From Malacoraja senta (Eukaryota), in NCBI GenBank assembly GCA_038087875.1, contig CM075995.1:8620001-8684000 (forward strand): a stretch of 64,000 nucleotides of DNA, written 5' to 3'. The notes beneath the pieces are model-generated. The model was not told the DNA's origin, did not search any database, and saw nothing but the letters and a program-made list of their open reading frames with translations. Position numbers and translations under genes: made by a program. Below are positions 35,576 through 49,185 of the stretch, in pieces; within the stretch, counting starts at the first letter, position 1, and every line of letters begins with the position of its first letter.

Positions 35576-37328
35576 TAAAAATCAAACAACTAGACAATAA
35601 TAGTGCAAAGTCCAAGATATTATAGGAAAAATGTTGCTTTTATAGGAAAGATGTTGTCACGCTGGAAAGGTTGCAGAGAAGATTTACGAGGATGTTGCCA
35701 GGACTCGAGGGTGTGAGCTACAGGGAGAGGTAGAGCAGGCTGGGACTCTATTCCTTGGAGCGCAGGAGGATGAGGGGTGATCTTATAGAGGTGTATAAAA
35801 TCATGAGAGGAATGGATCATTTACATGCCCAGAGTCTCCTGCCCAGAGTAGGGGAATCGAGGACCAGAGGACATAGGTTCAAGGTGAAGGGGAAAAGATT
35901 TAATAGGAATCTGAGGGGTGTCATTTTCATACAAAGGGTGGTGGGTGTATGGAACGGAGATGCCAGAGGAGGTAGTTGAGGCTGGGACTATCCCAACGTT
36001 TAAGAAACAGTTAGACAGGTACATGGATAGGACAGGTTTGGAGGGATATGGGCCAAACGCAGGCAGGTGGGATTGGGGAATGTTGGCCGGTGTGGGCAAG
36101 TCGGGCAGAAGGGCCCGTTTCCACCCTGTATCACTCTATGACCCTAAAGAGGGATGGTTCTCATTTCTTTGATGTTTGGAACTCCATATACACGCCTTCA
36201 AATGTGTGCCTACCAAGAAACATAGACAATAGGTGCAGGAGTAGGCCATTCAGCCTTCGAGCCAGCACCGCCATTCAATGTGATCATGGCTGATCATCCC
36301 CAATCAGTACCCCGTTCCAACCTTCTCCCCATATCCCTTGATTAATATCCCTCATAGCCCTAAGTGCTCTATCTAACTATCTCTTGAAAACATCCAGAGA
36401 ACCGGCCTCCACTGCCTTCTGTGGCAGAGAATTCCACAGATTCACAACTCTCTGGGTGACAAAGTTTCCTCATTATAACGTAAAGCGTCAAAGAGCTGTA
36501 CAGTGTGGAAACAGGCCCTTCAGCCCATCTTATCCATGCTGACCAAATTCAGACACGTGTCTCGTCCCATTTGCCTGCATTAGCCCCTATCTCTATAAAC
36601 ATTCGGACTGCTACATGGATAAGACAGGTTTAGAGGATATGGGCCAATCGCGTAGATTGGGCACATTGGCCAGCATGGGCCGCAGGGCCTGTTTCCGTGC
36701 TGTATCACGGTGGCACAGCGGTAGAGTAGCTGCCTTCAGCGCCACAGACCCAGCTTCGATCCTGGCTACGGCCGCTGTCTGTACGGAGTTCGTACGTTCT
36801 CCCTGTGACCTGCGTGGGTTTTCTCCGAGATCTCCGTTTTCCTCCCACACTCCAAAGTCGTGCAGGTTTGTAAGTTAATTGGCTTGGTGAAAATTGTAAA
36901 TTGTCCCTAGTGGGTGTAGGATAATGCAAGTGATCGCTGGTCGTCTCATAGAAACATAGAAAATAGGTGCAGGAGGAGGCCATTCGGCCCTTTGAGCCAG
37001 CACCACCATTCATTGCGATCATGGCTGATCGTCCCCAATCAATAACCCGTGCCTGCCTTCTCCCCATATCCCTTGACTCCACTAGCCCCTAGAGCTCTAT
37101 CTAACTCTCTCTTAAATCCATCCAGTGACTTGGACTCCACTGCCCTCTGTGGCAGGGAATTCCACAAATTCACAACTCTCTGGGTGAAAAAGTTCCTTCT
37201 CACCTCAGTCTTAAATGGCCTCCCCTTTATTCTAAGACTGTGGCCCCTGGTTCTGGACTCGCCCAACATTGGGAACATTTTTCCTGCATCTAGCCAGTCC
37301 AGTCCTTTTATAATTTTATATGTTTCTA
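32960..37328. repeat. About 1.99-kb tandem duplication (two full units plus shared CR1 ends)
   Basis: Identical mosaic junctions offset by about 1990 bp (e.g. gtttctagacaa near 33338 and 35333; tacatggataagacagg near 34621 and 36612). Confidence 0.95.
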
Positions 37329-39919
37329 TAAGAACCTCCCCCACCTCATCCTTCTAAACTCCAGTGAATACAAGCCTAGTCTTTTCAATCTTTCCTCATA
37401 TGACAGTCCCGCCATCCCAGGGATCAATCTCGTGAACCTACGCTGCACTGCCTCAATCACAAGGATGTCCTTCCTCAAATTCGGAGACCAAAACTGTACA
37501 CAATACTCCAGATGTGGTCTCACCAGAGCCCTATACAACTGCAGAAGAACCTCTCTGCTCCGAGTGGGCCGATGGGCCTGTTTCCAGGCTGTATCTCAAA
37601 GTCTAAAGTAACCTGTGTCTATCCAAGAAGCCTCTTGAACACCACTATCGTATCTGCCTCCACCACCACCCCTGGCAGCGCGTTCCAGGCACCCACCACC
37701 CTTTGTGTAAAAAAACCCTGCCCCGCACATCTCCTTTAAACTTTGCCCCCTAGTTCAGGCTAGTGTGGTTACAATTTGACTAAAGATTTGACAAATTAAA
37801 CATATAAGATTGTTAAGGGCTTGGACACGCTAGAGGCAGGAAACATGTTCCCGATGTTGGGGGAGTCCAGAACCAGGGGACACACACAGTTTAAGAATAA
37901 GGAGGTAAGCCATTTAGAACGGAGACGAGGAAACACTTTTTCTCACAGAGAGTGGTGAGTCTGTGGAATTCTCTGCCTCAGAGGGCGGTGGAGGCCGGTT
38001 CTCTGGATGCGGAGTCCGGGGATATGGGGAGAATGCAGGAACGGGGTACTGATTGGGGATGATCAGCCATGATCACCCTGAATGGCGGTGCTGGCTCGAA
38101 GGCCGAATGGCCTGCTCCTGCACCTATTGTCTATTGTCTAAATAATTAAGTGGTTAATTATAACAGCCGGGAAGAAACTGTCCCCGAATCTGGAGGTGTG
38201 CGTTTTCATTCGGTTAAGCGGTTTAAGCGGTTAAGAAATTTGAAAAGAAAACAAAGAAAACTGAGCCTTAAGATTGTAGACTCCAACTCAAGACCACCAG
38301 CATAATCAAGGACCAGTCTCACCCCGGTCACTCCCTCTTCCCCCTCTCCCATCGGGCAAGAGGTACAGAAGTGTGAAAACAAACGCACACACCTCCAGAT
38401 TCAGGGACAGTTTCTTCCCAGCTGTTATCAGGCAATTGAACCATCCTACCACAACCAGAGAGCGGTCCTGAACTACTATCTACCTCATTGGTGACCCTCG
38501 GACTACCCTTGATCGGAGTTTGCTGGCTTTACCTTGCACTAAACGTTATTCCCTTATCATAGCGGGCCCGAATCGGTGCTTTCTCCTTTCTTCTCCCCAC
38601 CTCCCCCACCCTGCATCAGTCTGAAGACGGGTTTTCGTCCCGAAACGTCGCCTATTTCCTTCGCTCCATAGATGTTGCCGCACCCGCTGAGTTTCTCCAG
38701 CACTTTTGTCTACATTCCCTTATCATGTATCTGTACACTGTGGACGGCTCGATTGTAATCATGTCTCGTCTTCCCGTTGGCTTGTTAGCACGCAACAAAA
38801 GGTTTTCGCTGTAGCTCGGTACGCGTGGCAAAAGGCTAAACTGAATGGAAACACTTTGTGTCCACAATTGCTGTCACGTTGCCCGGCGATACCCTCCCCC
38901 ACCCCACCCACCCCCCCCCCCCCCGCGAACAAAGCCAAGGGGTTTGTGAATCATTAACGTTAACTAAGGCAAACTTTACCTTATTTCTCTGAGTGTCTAT
39001 TTGTATGAAGCAGCTCTCTGGGCCTCTGGGACATTGGAGGCTGCTTTCTCCCTTGCCACGGAGCTCCACCCGGCCTCTGTTACTTCACGACCGAAGGAAA
39101 ACCGACCAGACTCAGTGGAAACTGCAGCCAGCTCCCCGAGGCAGCCTCCTGATACTTCCCACCTTCTGCAGACACTCCAACGGCCAAGGCAGGAGAATCT
39201 CCGGGGACGATAATCCGGACAAAATCCGCGCGCCACCAAAACGGCGAGAAACTGCGTGGGAGCAAACTCCTCACGTCCACTGGATCAGTGGAAGCCTCTG
39301 CCCCTAATTCATTTCACTTTCTAATGAACTATTTGCGTGGACTCGCCCCAGCCAACCCAGGCCCGTTCCCACGGCAACCAGAGAATAGGCCAAGTTAATT
39401 GAAGCCGTCATTAGCATTTTTTCTTTGCTGTCAAGTTTCGGGAGACCGAATGAAAGAATTTCTCTCCATTTTTCCTCAGTCCGTGGCCTGAACGTTTTAG
39501 CCTCAAAGTCTTGGAAAAATGGGAAACTCTTTACCTTCGGGTCTTTCGGCTTCAGAGATACAGCGCGAAGAAAACAAGGCCCTTCGGCCCACCGAGTACG
39601 CACTGACCAGCGATATACACTAGCACTATCCTACACACACTGGGGACAATTTACAATTTTACCGAAACTAATTAACTTACAAACCTGCACGTCTTTGGAG
39701 CGTGGGAGGGAAAGTGAAGATCTCGGAGAAAGCCCCACGGGGAGAACGTTCAAACTCCGTGCAGACAGCACCCGAGGTCAGGATCGAACCCGGGTCTCTG
39801 GCGCCATAAGGCAACAACTCTACCGCTGCTCCGCCGCGCCGATCAGAATGTTCCTTTTTGGGCAATACCTGGTCTCTTTAGCCGAATGTCTTGGCAATGG
39901 GCTAGTCTTTGCTATAAGG

Positions 39920-40402
39920 ATAGACACACAGTGCTGGAGTAACTCAGCGGGTCAGGCAGCATCTCTGGAGAACATGGATAGGTGACGTTTCACAGAGTGC
40001 TGGAGTAACTCAGCGGGTCAGGCAGCATCTGTGGAGCGAAGGAAATGGGCAACCTTTCGGGCCGAAACCCTGAAGGAAATAGGCAACGTTCGGGCCGAAA
40101 CCCGGAAGGGTTTCGGGCCGAAACGTTGCCTATTTCCTTCGCTCCATAGATGCTGCTGGAACATGGATAGGTGACGTTTCACAGAGTGCTGGAGTAACTC
40201 AGCGGGTCAGGCAGCATCTGTGGAGAACATGGATAGGTGACGTTTCACAGAGTGCTGGAGTAACTCAGCGGGTCAGGCAGCATCTGTGGAGAACATGGAT
40301 AGGTGACGTTTCACAGAGTGCTGAGTAACTCAGCGGGTCAGGCAGCATCTGTGGAGCACATGGATGGGTGACGCTTTGGGTCGGGACCCTTACTCAGACT
40401 GA
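39920..40402 (-). repeat. 66-bp array with an embedded hairpin cassette (~40032-40160)
   Basis: Same composite. Confidence 0.92.
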
Positions 40403-42561
40403 AAGTAGGGGGTGGAGGCAAGAAAAGACCAGGACTGATCAGGCTCAGCCACAAATGACCTCAGGGCAGGGCTGGGCTGGGCAGTGCGTGGTAGGCCCAT
40501 TGTTGGCCTGGGAAGGTGTGATCTCAAGAGAAACAATGTGGAGAACTGTGGACAGGGGGGTGAGGGTGGGGGGTGGGGACGTCACGGTGGTGCAGCGGTA
40601 GAGCTGTTGTCTCACAGCGCCAGAGACCCGGGTTCGATCCTGACCACGGGTGCTGTCTGTACAGAGTTTATACGTTCTCCCCGTGACCTGCGTGGGGTTT
40701 CTCCCGTGGATAGGTTTGTAGGTGAAGAGATTTGTAGATTAGCAGGTTGGTAGATTAATTGACTTGGTAGTAATGTAATATTTGTCCCTAGTGTAGGATA
40801 CTGTTAAGTGTCCGGAGGGGGGTGGGGGGTTGGTGTGGACTCGGAGGGCCGAAGGGCCTGTTTCTGCCCTGTAAACTAAAAACCAATAGAACAACTCAGG
40901 AGGGGGAAGGGGGCAATGAGGGCGAGCGGGGTGAAGAGTGGAGCATGAGATAAAGTTACTTAAAATTGGAGAATTTAATATTCATACCGCTGGGGTGTAA
41001 ACTACCCAAGTGAGATATGAGGTGCTGTTCCTCCAATTTGTGCTGGGCCTCACTCCGACAATGGAGGAGGCCCAGGACAGAAAGGTCAGTGTGGGAATGG
41101 GAGGGGGAGTTAAAGTGTTTGGCAAACCGGGAGATCGCATAATCCAGCATTTGTAGTTCTTTGTTTCCACATTTTCTTCGCTTTAAGGGACTTAAAGGCC
41201 CAGGCATAACATGCAAAACAAAAGCCTTTCACTGTACCTCGGTACACGTGACAACAACAGGCCGAAGCCTAAATCTAGAAGCAGCTTCAGGATGGGTGGT
41301 GTAGGGGTGGGCCTGGCGCAGAGCGCGATGCCGTCGGTTCCGTTCCCCCACCGCCCCCTCCATGTGCCAGGGTCACCGTATCCCACGCCGGTCACAGATC
41401 CGGCACTCAACCACCCCCACCCCGAGCTCGCAAATCAGCTCCTAGAACATATGAACCAGGGCTGCATGGCTCACAGCGCCAGAGACCCGGGTCCGATCCC
41501 CACCACGAGCGCTGTCTGTACGGAGTTTTTACCCTCTCCCCGATAGACAATAGACAATAGACAACAGGTGCAGGAGTAGGCCATTTGGCCCTTCGAGCCA
41601 GCACCGCCATTCAATGTGATCATGGCTGATCATCCCCAATCAGTACCCCGTTCCTGCCTTCTCCCCATATCCCCTGACTCCGCTATCTTTAAGAGCCCTA
41701 TCGAGCTCTCTCTTGAAAGTATCCAGAGAACTGGCCTCCACCGCCCTCTGAGGCAGGGAATTCCACAGACTCACCACTCTCTGTGTGAAAAAGTGTTTCC
41801 TCGTCTCCGTTCTAAATGCCTTACCCCTTATTCTTAAACTGTGGCCCCTGGTTCTGGACTCCCCCAACATCGGGAACATGTTTCCTGCCTCTAGCGTGTC
41901 CAAGCCCTTAACAATCTTATATGTTTCAATGAGATCCCCTCTCATCCTTCTAAACTCCAGAGTGTACAAGCCCAGCCGCTCCATTCTCTCAGCATATGAC
42001 AGTCCCGCCATCCCGGGATAGCATTGTCAGGGGATATGGGGAGGGCGGTGGAGGCCGGTTCTCTGGATGCTTTCAAGAGAGAGCTAGATAGGGCTCTTAA
42101 AGATAGCGGAGTCAGGGGATATGGGGAGAAGGAAGGCAGGAACGGGGTACTGATTGGGGATGATCAGCCATGATCACATTGAATGGCGGTGCTGGCTCAA
42201 AAGGGCCGAATGGCCTACTCCTGCACCTATTGTCTACTGTAACTCAGCGGGACAGGCAGCATCTCTGGAGAGAAGGACCGGGTGACGTTTCGGGTCGAGA
42301 CCCTTCTCCAGACTCTTGATCCAAAACGTCACCCATTCCTTCTCTCCAGAGATGCTGCCTGTCCCGCTGAGTTACTCCAACATCTTGTGTCTGTCTTCAG
42401 CGTGAACCAGCGTCTGCGATACGATACGATAACACGTTATTCATCGCAGGAGGGAAACACAACCTGCATGTATCAAAATACATGAAGGTGCAGTTCAGTT
42501 CCTTCCTGCACACTGCGTTCAGTCTTTTGTTCAAAGCTGACACCTGCAGGTGAGATACAGG

Positions 42562-42728
42562 TAGGCTCGCCAACTTCCTCACTCACAAATAAGGGGCAAA
42601 CGGTCAAAAACACGGGACAAATTCCCCCACGGCAATTCGGTGGTGGTGGTGGTGTCGGCGGTAAGCGAAGGTGCGAAGGTCGGACAGCTGGCCGGGCTGC
42701 CGACCGACCGACGTGGCCACAGGCGAGG

Positions 42729-42767
<39 letters not shown>

Positions 42768-42948
42768 AGCACTCCGCGGGCTGCACTACCTCGGGGACGG
42801 GTGAGGCGGCGCTCCGACCCGACAGTCCCCTCGACCCGAGTAGTAGCGGTCAAATACGGGACAAGGGGCGGTCCCGCACGGGACAAACCAATTTAACCCC
42901 ATATATACGGGATGTCCCGGCTAATACAGTTACAGTTGGCAACCCCTA
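42562..42948. mobile_element. hAT (Tip100-like) MITE with a (CTG)n tract
   Basis: TIRs taggctcgccaact / agttggcaacccct a-type; 8-bp TSD gatacagg (42554-42561, 42949-42956); ends 34 nt from a MYO10 exon. Confidence 0.88.
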
Positions 42949-42982
42949 GATACAGGCGAGATGCCGTTCAGGTAGCACTTAC

Positions 42983-43063
42983 CTTATGAACGTTGGGCTT
43001 GATGCAACGGACAAAGAACGGGTTTGACGTACTCAAGGTGGACATCAGCGAATGCAGTGAGTT
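42983..43063 (-). CDS. MYO10: Myosin-X motor exon (NSLHSLMSTLSTSNPFFVRCIKPNVHK)
   Basis: 81 nt, atacag acceptor, gtaagt donor; FVRCIKPN motif. Confidence 0.95.
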
Positions 43064-45473
43064 CTGTATAGATGGAGAGAAATATCGGTTACTGCTTTCA
43101 AAATGGTGTCCGCTCTCCAACGAGAGCTCTGCGACATCTTCCCTCAGTTCAGTTCAGTTTATTGTCACGTGGACCGAGGTACGGTGAAAAGCTTTTGTTG
43201 CGTGCTAACCAGTCAGCGGGAAGACAATACATGATTACAATCGAGTCGTTTACAGTGTACAGATACATGATAAGGGAATAACGTTTAGTGCAAGGTAAAA
43301 AATAGAAACATAGAAAATAGGTGCAGGAGGAGGCCATTCGGCCATATAACCATAACAGCACGGAAACAGGCCATCTCGGCCCTTCAAGTCCGTGCCGAAC
43401 ACTTTTTTTTCCCCCCTTCTTTCTTCTTTCTTCCCCCTAGTCCCATCTACCTGCACTCAGACCACAACCCTCCATTCCTTTCCCGTCCATATACCCATCC
43501 AATCTATTTTTAAAGGATAAAATCGAACCTGCCCCCACACTTCCACTGGATGCTCCTTCGAGCCAGCACCGCCATTCATTGTGATCATGGCTGATCGTCC
43601 CCTATCAATAACCCGTGCCTCCCTTCTCCCCATATCCCTTGACTCTACTATCCCCTAGAGCTCTATCTAACTCTCTCTTAAATCCATCCAGTGACTTGGC
43701 CTCCACTGCCCTCTGTGGCAGGGAATTCCACAAATTCACAACTCTCTGGGTGAAAACGGTTTTTCTCACCTCAGTCTTAAATGAGGTGAGAAATGAGGTG
43801 AAGCCAGCAGAGTCCGGTCAAGGATAGTCCGAGATAGGCAAAAATGCTGGAGAAACTCAGCGGGTGAGGCAGCATCTATGGAGCGAAGGAATGGGTGACG
43901 TTTCGGGTCGAGACCCTTCTTCAGAAGTTTCTCCAGCACTTTTGTCTACCTTCGATTGTTCCAGCATCTGCAGTTCCTTCTCAAAGGATAGTCCGAGGGT
44001 CACCAATGAGGTGGATAGTAGTTCAGGACTGCTCTCTGGTTGTGGTAGGATGGCTCAACTGGGAAGAAACTGTCCCAACTTGCTCCCCTCTCTGCTTTCA
44101 TTCATTTATTTTATATCTCACTATATCACCGTCTATATCTGTTGTTCCCCTTTCCCCTGACTCTCAGTCTGAAGAAGGGTTCACCATCTTCTGACGGAAC
44201 AAATTCCACCTCATCTCCTGTCTAAAGATACATGCTTTTATTCTGAGGCTGTGGCCTCTGGTCCTAGAATCTCCCCACTAGTGGAAACATCCTCTCCACA
44301 TCCACTCTATCCAGGCCTTTCACCATTCGGTAAGGTTCAATGAGTTATTGGGGAATTCAATGCCACCAGATGGCTGTGGAGGCCAAATCAATGGGCATTT
44401 CTAAAGCAAAGATTGTCAGACTTGATGAGCAATGGCATTGAAGGGTTTATGGGGAGAAGGCAGGAGAATGGGGTTGAGAGGGAAAGATAGATCGGCCATG
44501 ATTGAATGGCGGAGTAGACTAGGTGGGCCGAATGGCCTAATTCTGCTCCGATGACATGAAAATATCGGTCAATGATTCTTTATTTTCACGTGCGTACGCA
44601 CATCACAGTGAAATTATTTTGCACAATACACCAACGCAAGGCCAGCAGCAGACTCAAGGACCAGTCGCACCCCGGCCACTCCCTCTTCTCCCCTCTCCCA
44701 TCAGGCCTTGATCGGACTTTGCTGGCTTTACCTTGCACTAAACGTTATTCCCTTATCCTGTATCTGTACATTGTGGACGGCTCGATTGTAATCATGTGTT
44801 GTCTTTCCGCTGACTGGATAGCACGCAACAAAAGCTTTTCACTGTACCTCGGTACACGTGACAATAGACAATAGATGCAGGAGTAGGCCATTCGGCCCTT
44901 CGAGCCAGCACCGCCATTCAATGTGATCATGGCTGATCATCCCCAATCAGTACCCCGTTCCTGCCTTCTCCCCATATCCCCTGACTCCGCTGTCTTTAAG
45001 AGCCCTATCTAGCTCTCTCTTGGAAGCATCCAGAGAACCTGCCTCCACCGCCCTCTGAGGCAGAGAATTCCACAGACTCACAACTCTCTGTGTGAAAAAG
45101 TGTTTCCTCGTCTCCGTTCTAAATGGCTTAGCCCTTATTCTTAAACTGTGTGGCCCCTGGTTCTGGACTCCCCCAACATCGGGAACATGTTTCCTGCCTC
45201 TAGCGTGTCCAAACCCTGAATAATCTTATACGTTTCAATAAGATCCCCTCTCATCCTTCTAAATTCCAGAATATACAAGCCCTGCCGTTCCATTCTCTCA
45301 GCATACGACAGTCCCGCCATCCCGGGAATTAACCTGGTGAACCTACGCTGCACTCGCTCAATAGCAAGAATGTCCTTCCTCAAATTTGGAGACCAAAACT
45401 GCACACAATTACCTAAAATGAACTGTACCTGTGAACTAAATTAAATTAAATCTCTGGAAGATATGATACGTGC

Positions 45474-45582
45474 CTTGAACTGAGAGCTCACGGTTGGTTT
45501 TCGATGTTTGGTTCCAGCTTTTAGTGTCTCTTCATTGTTCTTGCTTGACGCATGCTCCACTAGATCGTAGACAAAATCCAGC
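45474..45582 (-). CDS. MYO10: Myosin-X motor loop-2 exon (LDFVYDLVEHASSKNNEETLKAGTKHRKPTVSSQFK), ending at a GC donor
   Basis: 109 nt, tttcag acceptor; the only frame-compatible donor is AAG|gcacgt. Confidence 0.9.
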
Positions 45583-47034
45583 CTGAAATTAGAAACAGAA
45601 TCTTGAATGTCTGAAGATGGGACAACGTACATAGGATATTACAAACATATATAACATTCTTAAGGGATTGGACAGGCTCGATGCAGGAAAAATGGCCCCG
45701 ATGTTGGGGGGAGTCCAGAACCAGTTGAAGAATAAGGGGTCGGCCATTTTGGACTGAGATGAGGAAAAACGTTTTCACCCAGAGAGTTGTGAATCTGTGG
45801 AATTCTCTGCCACAGAAGGCGGTGGAGGCCGATTCACTGGATGTTTTCAGGAGAGATTTAGATTTGGCTCTGGGGGGGAAAGCAGGAACGATGTAATGGG
45901 GTAATGGGGAACAGGGGTAATGATTTAGCATGATCAGCCATGATCGTATTGAATGGCCAAAGGGGCCGAATGGCCAGCTCCTCATCTATTTTCTATGTTT
46001 CAATGGGGGAAATGTCGTCTTCCCCGATCTAACCGATCCATTCCACATTTACTTTGATATTCGTCCCCTTTGCTCCCCCCTTTTCACACCTTAACCTTCC
46101 ACATCCCCACGACTCCCTCTCCCCCGGCTCTCTGTCGGGAAGAAGGGTCTCGACCCGAAACGCCACCCGTCCCGTCTGTCCCGCTGAGTTCCTCCAGCAT
46201 TTTGTGTCCATCTTCAGTCTGCAGTTCCCTCCCGGACACACACAGTTCAATCTGGTTATTTAGAGGCCGCAATCACCGGTACAAAGTTAGCCACGGCGGC
46301 ACAGCGCTGCAGTTGCTGCCTCACAGCGCCAGGGGAAAGATTCAATAGGAACCAGAGGGGCAACTTTTTCACACAGTGCGTGGTGGGAATGTCACAATAG
46401 ACGATAGACAACAGGTGCAGGAATAGGCCATTCGGCCCTTCGAGCCAGCACCGCCATTCAATGTGATCATGGCTGAACATCCCCAATCAGTACCCCGTTC
46501 CTGCCTTCTCCCCATATCCCACTGACTCCGCTATTTTTAAGAGCCCTATCTAGCTCTCTCTTGAAAGCATCCAGAGAACCCGCCTCCACTGCCCTCTGAG
46601 GCAGAGAATTCCACAGCCTCACCACTCTCTGTGAGAAAAAGTGTTTCCTCGTCTCCGTTCTAAATGGCTTACTCCTTATTCTTAAACTGTGGCCCCTGGT
46701 TCTGGACTCCCCCAACATCGGGAACATGCTTCCTGCCTCTAGCGTGTCCAAGCCCTTAACCATCTTATATGTTTCAATGAGATCCCCTCCCATCCTTCTA
46801 AACTCCAGAGTGTACAAGCCCAGCCGCTCCATTCTCTCAGCATGTTACAGTCCCGCCATCCCGGGAATTAACCTTGTAAACCTATGCTGCACTCCCTCAA
46901 TAGCAAGAATGTCCTTCCTCAAATTAGGGGACCAAAACTGCACACAATACTCCAGGTGTGGTCTCACTAGGGCCCTGTACAACTGCAGGAGTACAACTGC
47001 AGAAGGAACCTTCCCCAGTCCTGTACAAAGCTAA

Positions 47035-47271
47035 AGGGCCTGTCCCACTTGGCGATTCTTTCGGCGACTGCCGGCTTCATTGACTGACGTATCAGGTCAC
47101 CGAAAAATTTGCGGCGTTACGTGGCGTGATGACGTATTGACGCGCGGTGTTTTTTCAAGTGTCGCGACATTTTTTTTGTCGCCGCTGGATATTGAAATGT
47201 TCAAAATCTTTTGGTGATACTGATATGATGCCGGCAGTCGCCGAAGAAAATCGGCAAGTGGGACAGGCCCT
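47035..47271. mobile_element. MITE with GGGCCTGTCCCACT termini (PIF/Harbinger-like); relatives at about 13207-13752, 31298-31614, 48490-48763, 61350-61971 (split by CR1), 62647-62940
   Basis: agggcctgtcccactt...aagtgggacaggccct flanked by TAA on both sides; superfamily inferred from the 3-bp TWA flank. Confidence 0.72.
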
Positions 47272-47915
47272 TAAGGGACTATAACACATATAGAGAGATA
47301 CTGTGTGGAAACAGGCCCTTCGGCCCAACTTGCCCACACCGGCCAACAATGCCCCCAGCTACGCTAGTCCCACCGGCCTACGTTTGGCCCATATCCCTCC
47401 AAACCTGACCTATCCATGTACCTGTCCAAGTGTTGTTGAAATATTGTTATTGTCCCAGCCTCAACTACCTTATCTGGCAGCTAGTTCCATACACCCACCA
47501 CCCTCTGTGTGAAAATGTTGCTCCTTAGATTCCTTTTAAATCGTTCCCGCCTCTCCTTACTCCTATGTCCTCTGGTCCTCGATTCCCCGACTCTGGGCAA
47601 GAGACTCTGTGCGTCTACCCGATCTATTCCTCTCGTGATTTTGTACACCTCGAAAAAGATCACCCCTCATCCTCCTGCGCTCCAGGGAATAGAGACCCAG
47701 CCTACTCAACCTCTCCCCGTAGCTCAGATCCTCGAGCCCTGGCAACATCCTCGTAAATCTTCTCAGTCCCCTTTCCAGCTTGACATCACACTTTCCCATA
47801 ACATGGTGACCAAAACTGAGCACCTTACACTAAAGGCCTCGCCAACGTTTTATACAACTGCGACCTCTATATTTCCATACTCCATGCTCCTATCTTTCTG
47901 CTTCAAAGATAATAC

Positions 47916-47998
47916 CTGCTGTCACGCAACAAGTTGAGAACATCGTGCCTGAAGGTGTCCCTGTTCTTCTCCAAGATGCCCTTCACGTGGTATAAAAC
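47916..47998 (-). CDS. MYO10: Myosin-X motor exon (VLYHVKGILEKNRDTFRHDVLNLLRDS)
   Basis: 83 nt, ccctaag acceptor, gtatta donor, ends in phase 2; LEKNRD motif. Confidence 0.93.
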
Positions 47999-48766
47999 CT
48001 TAGGGAGGAAAACAAAACTTTATCAAGCAAAACAGCGAGGGCGGCACGGGGGGGCGCAGCGGTAGAGTCGCTGCCTCTTGGCGCCGGGGACCCGGGTTCC
48101 ATCCCGACCACGTACGTGTGCTGTCTGTGTGGAGTTTGCACGTTCTCCCCGTGGCCGAGTGGGTTTTCTCCGGGTGCTCCGGTTTCCTTCCCACACTCCA
48201 GGTTTGTAGGTTAATTGGCTTTGGTAAATATTGTAAATTGTTCCCTAGTGTGTGCAGGATAGTGTTAGTTAGTGTGTGCGGGGTGATCGGAGGGCCGAAG
48301 GGCCGGTTTCCACGCTGCGTCTCGAAAACTAAAATGTCCTTGCAACGTTCTGTATGTCTGATGGATATTGTGAAATGGAACGCAGAAATGATGGGAGGAT
48401 TACATAAAACTACAATTCAAAGGGAATGAATATACAGAGTATTCTTATTTCCATCATGAACATACAATAGTGATATAGGACACCAGGTCCTACTACGGTA
48501 AACGCACGAGCTACTACGGTGTGACTATGTGTTAAAAAGTATCACATTTTTACATCCCGAGTATATTTTACTCGTGGACATTTTTCAACATGTTGAAAAA
48601 TCTTCACGAGTCACCACGTTTCCCGAGTACCTGCCGTTAGCGCTAAGAGACGTCCCCGAGCTCCGACGTACCCGCTACGTTCATTCTCCGTGCTTACCAC
48701 AAGTTTTAATTTTTTTTAAACTCGGGAGAGCTCTTGGAATGAACTCGCACAGTGGGACAGGGCTTT

Positions 48767-49185
48767 TAGGGTCGCCAACTTCCTCACTCCCAAATAAGGG
48801 ACAAAAGCCGCGCGACGTCACTCACGCAAACTCCGGCGCTCCGTCCAACTCATGAACCGATGACCGGCCGTGAGAAGGAGGGGTGGCGGTGGTGGTGTCG
48901 GCGGTAAGCGAAGGTCCGAAGGTCGGACAGCTGGCCGGGCTGCCGACCGACCGACGGGGCCACGGGCGAGGAGGCGCTGCTGCTGCTGCTGCTGCTGCAC
49001 TCCACGGGCTGCACTACGTCGGGGACGGGTGAGGCGGGGGCTGGATGCGGCGCTCCGACCCGACAGTCCCCTCGACCCGAGTAGTAGCGGTCAAATACGG
49101 GACAAGGGGCGGTCCCGTACGGGACAAACCAATTTAGCCCAATATACGGGATGTCCCGGCTAATACCGGACAGTTGGCAACCCTA
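48767..49185. mobile_element. Second copy of the Tip100-like MITE
   Basis: tagggtcgccaact...agttggcaacccta; interior closely similar to 42562-42948; no clear TSD. Confidence 0.82.

Noticed and set aside
42473..42949. PolyQ/polyL/polyS ORFs (also 48818-49163)
   Set aside because: (CTG)n tract inside a MITE with TIRs and TSD
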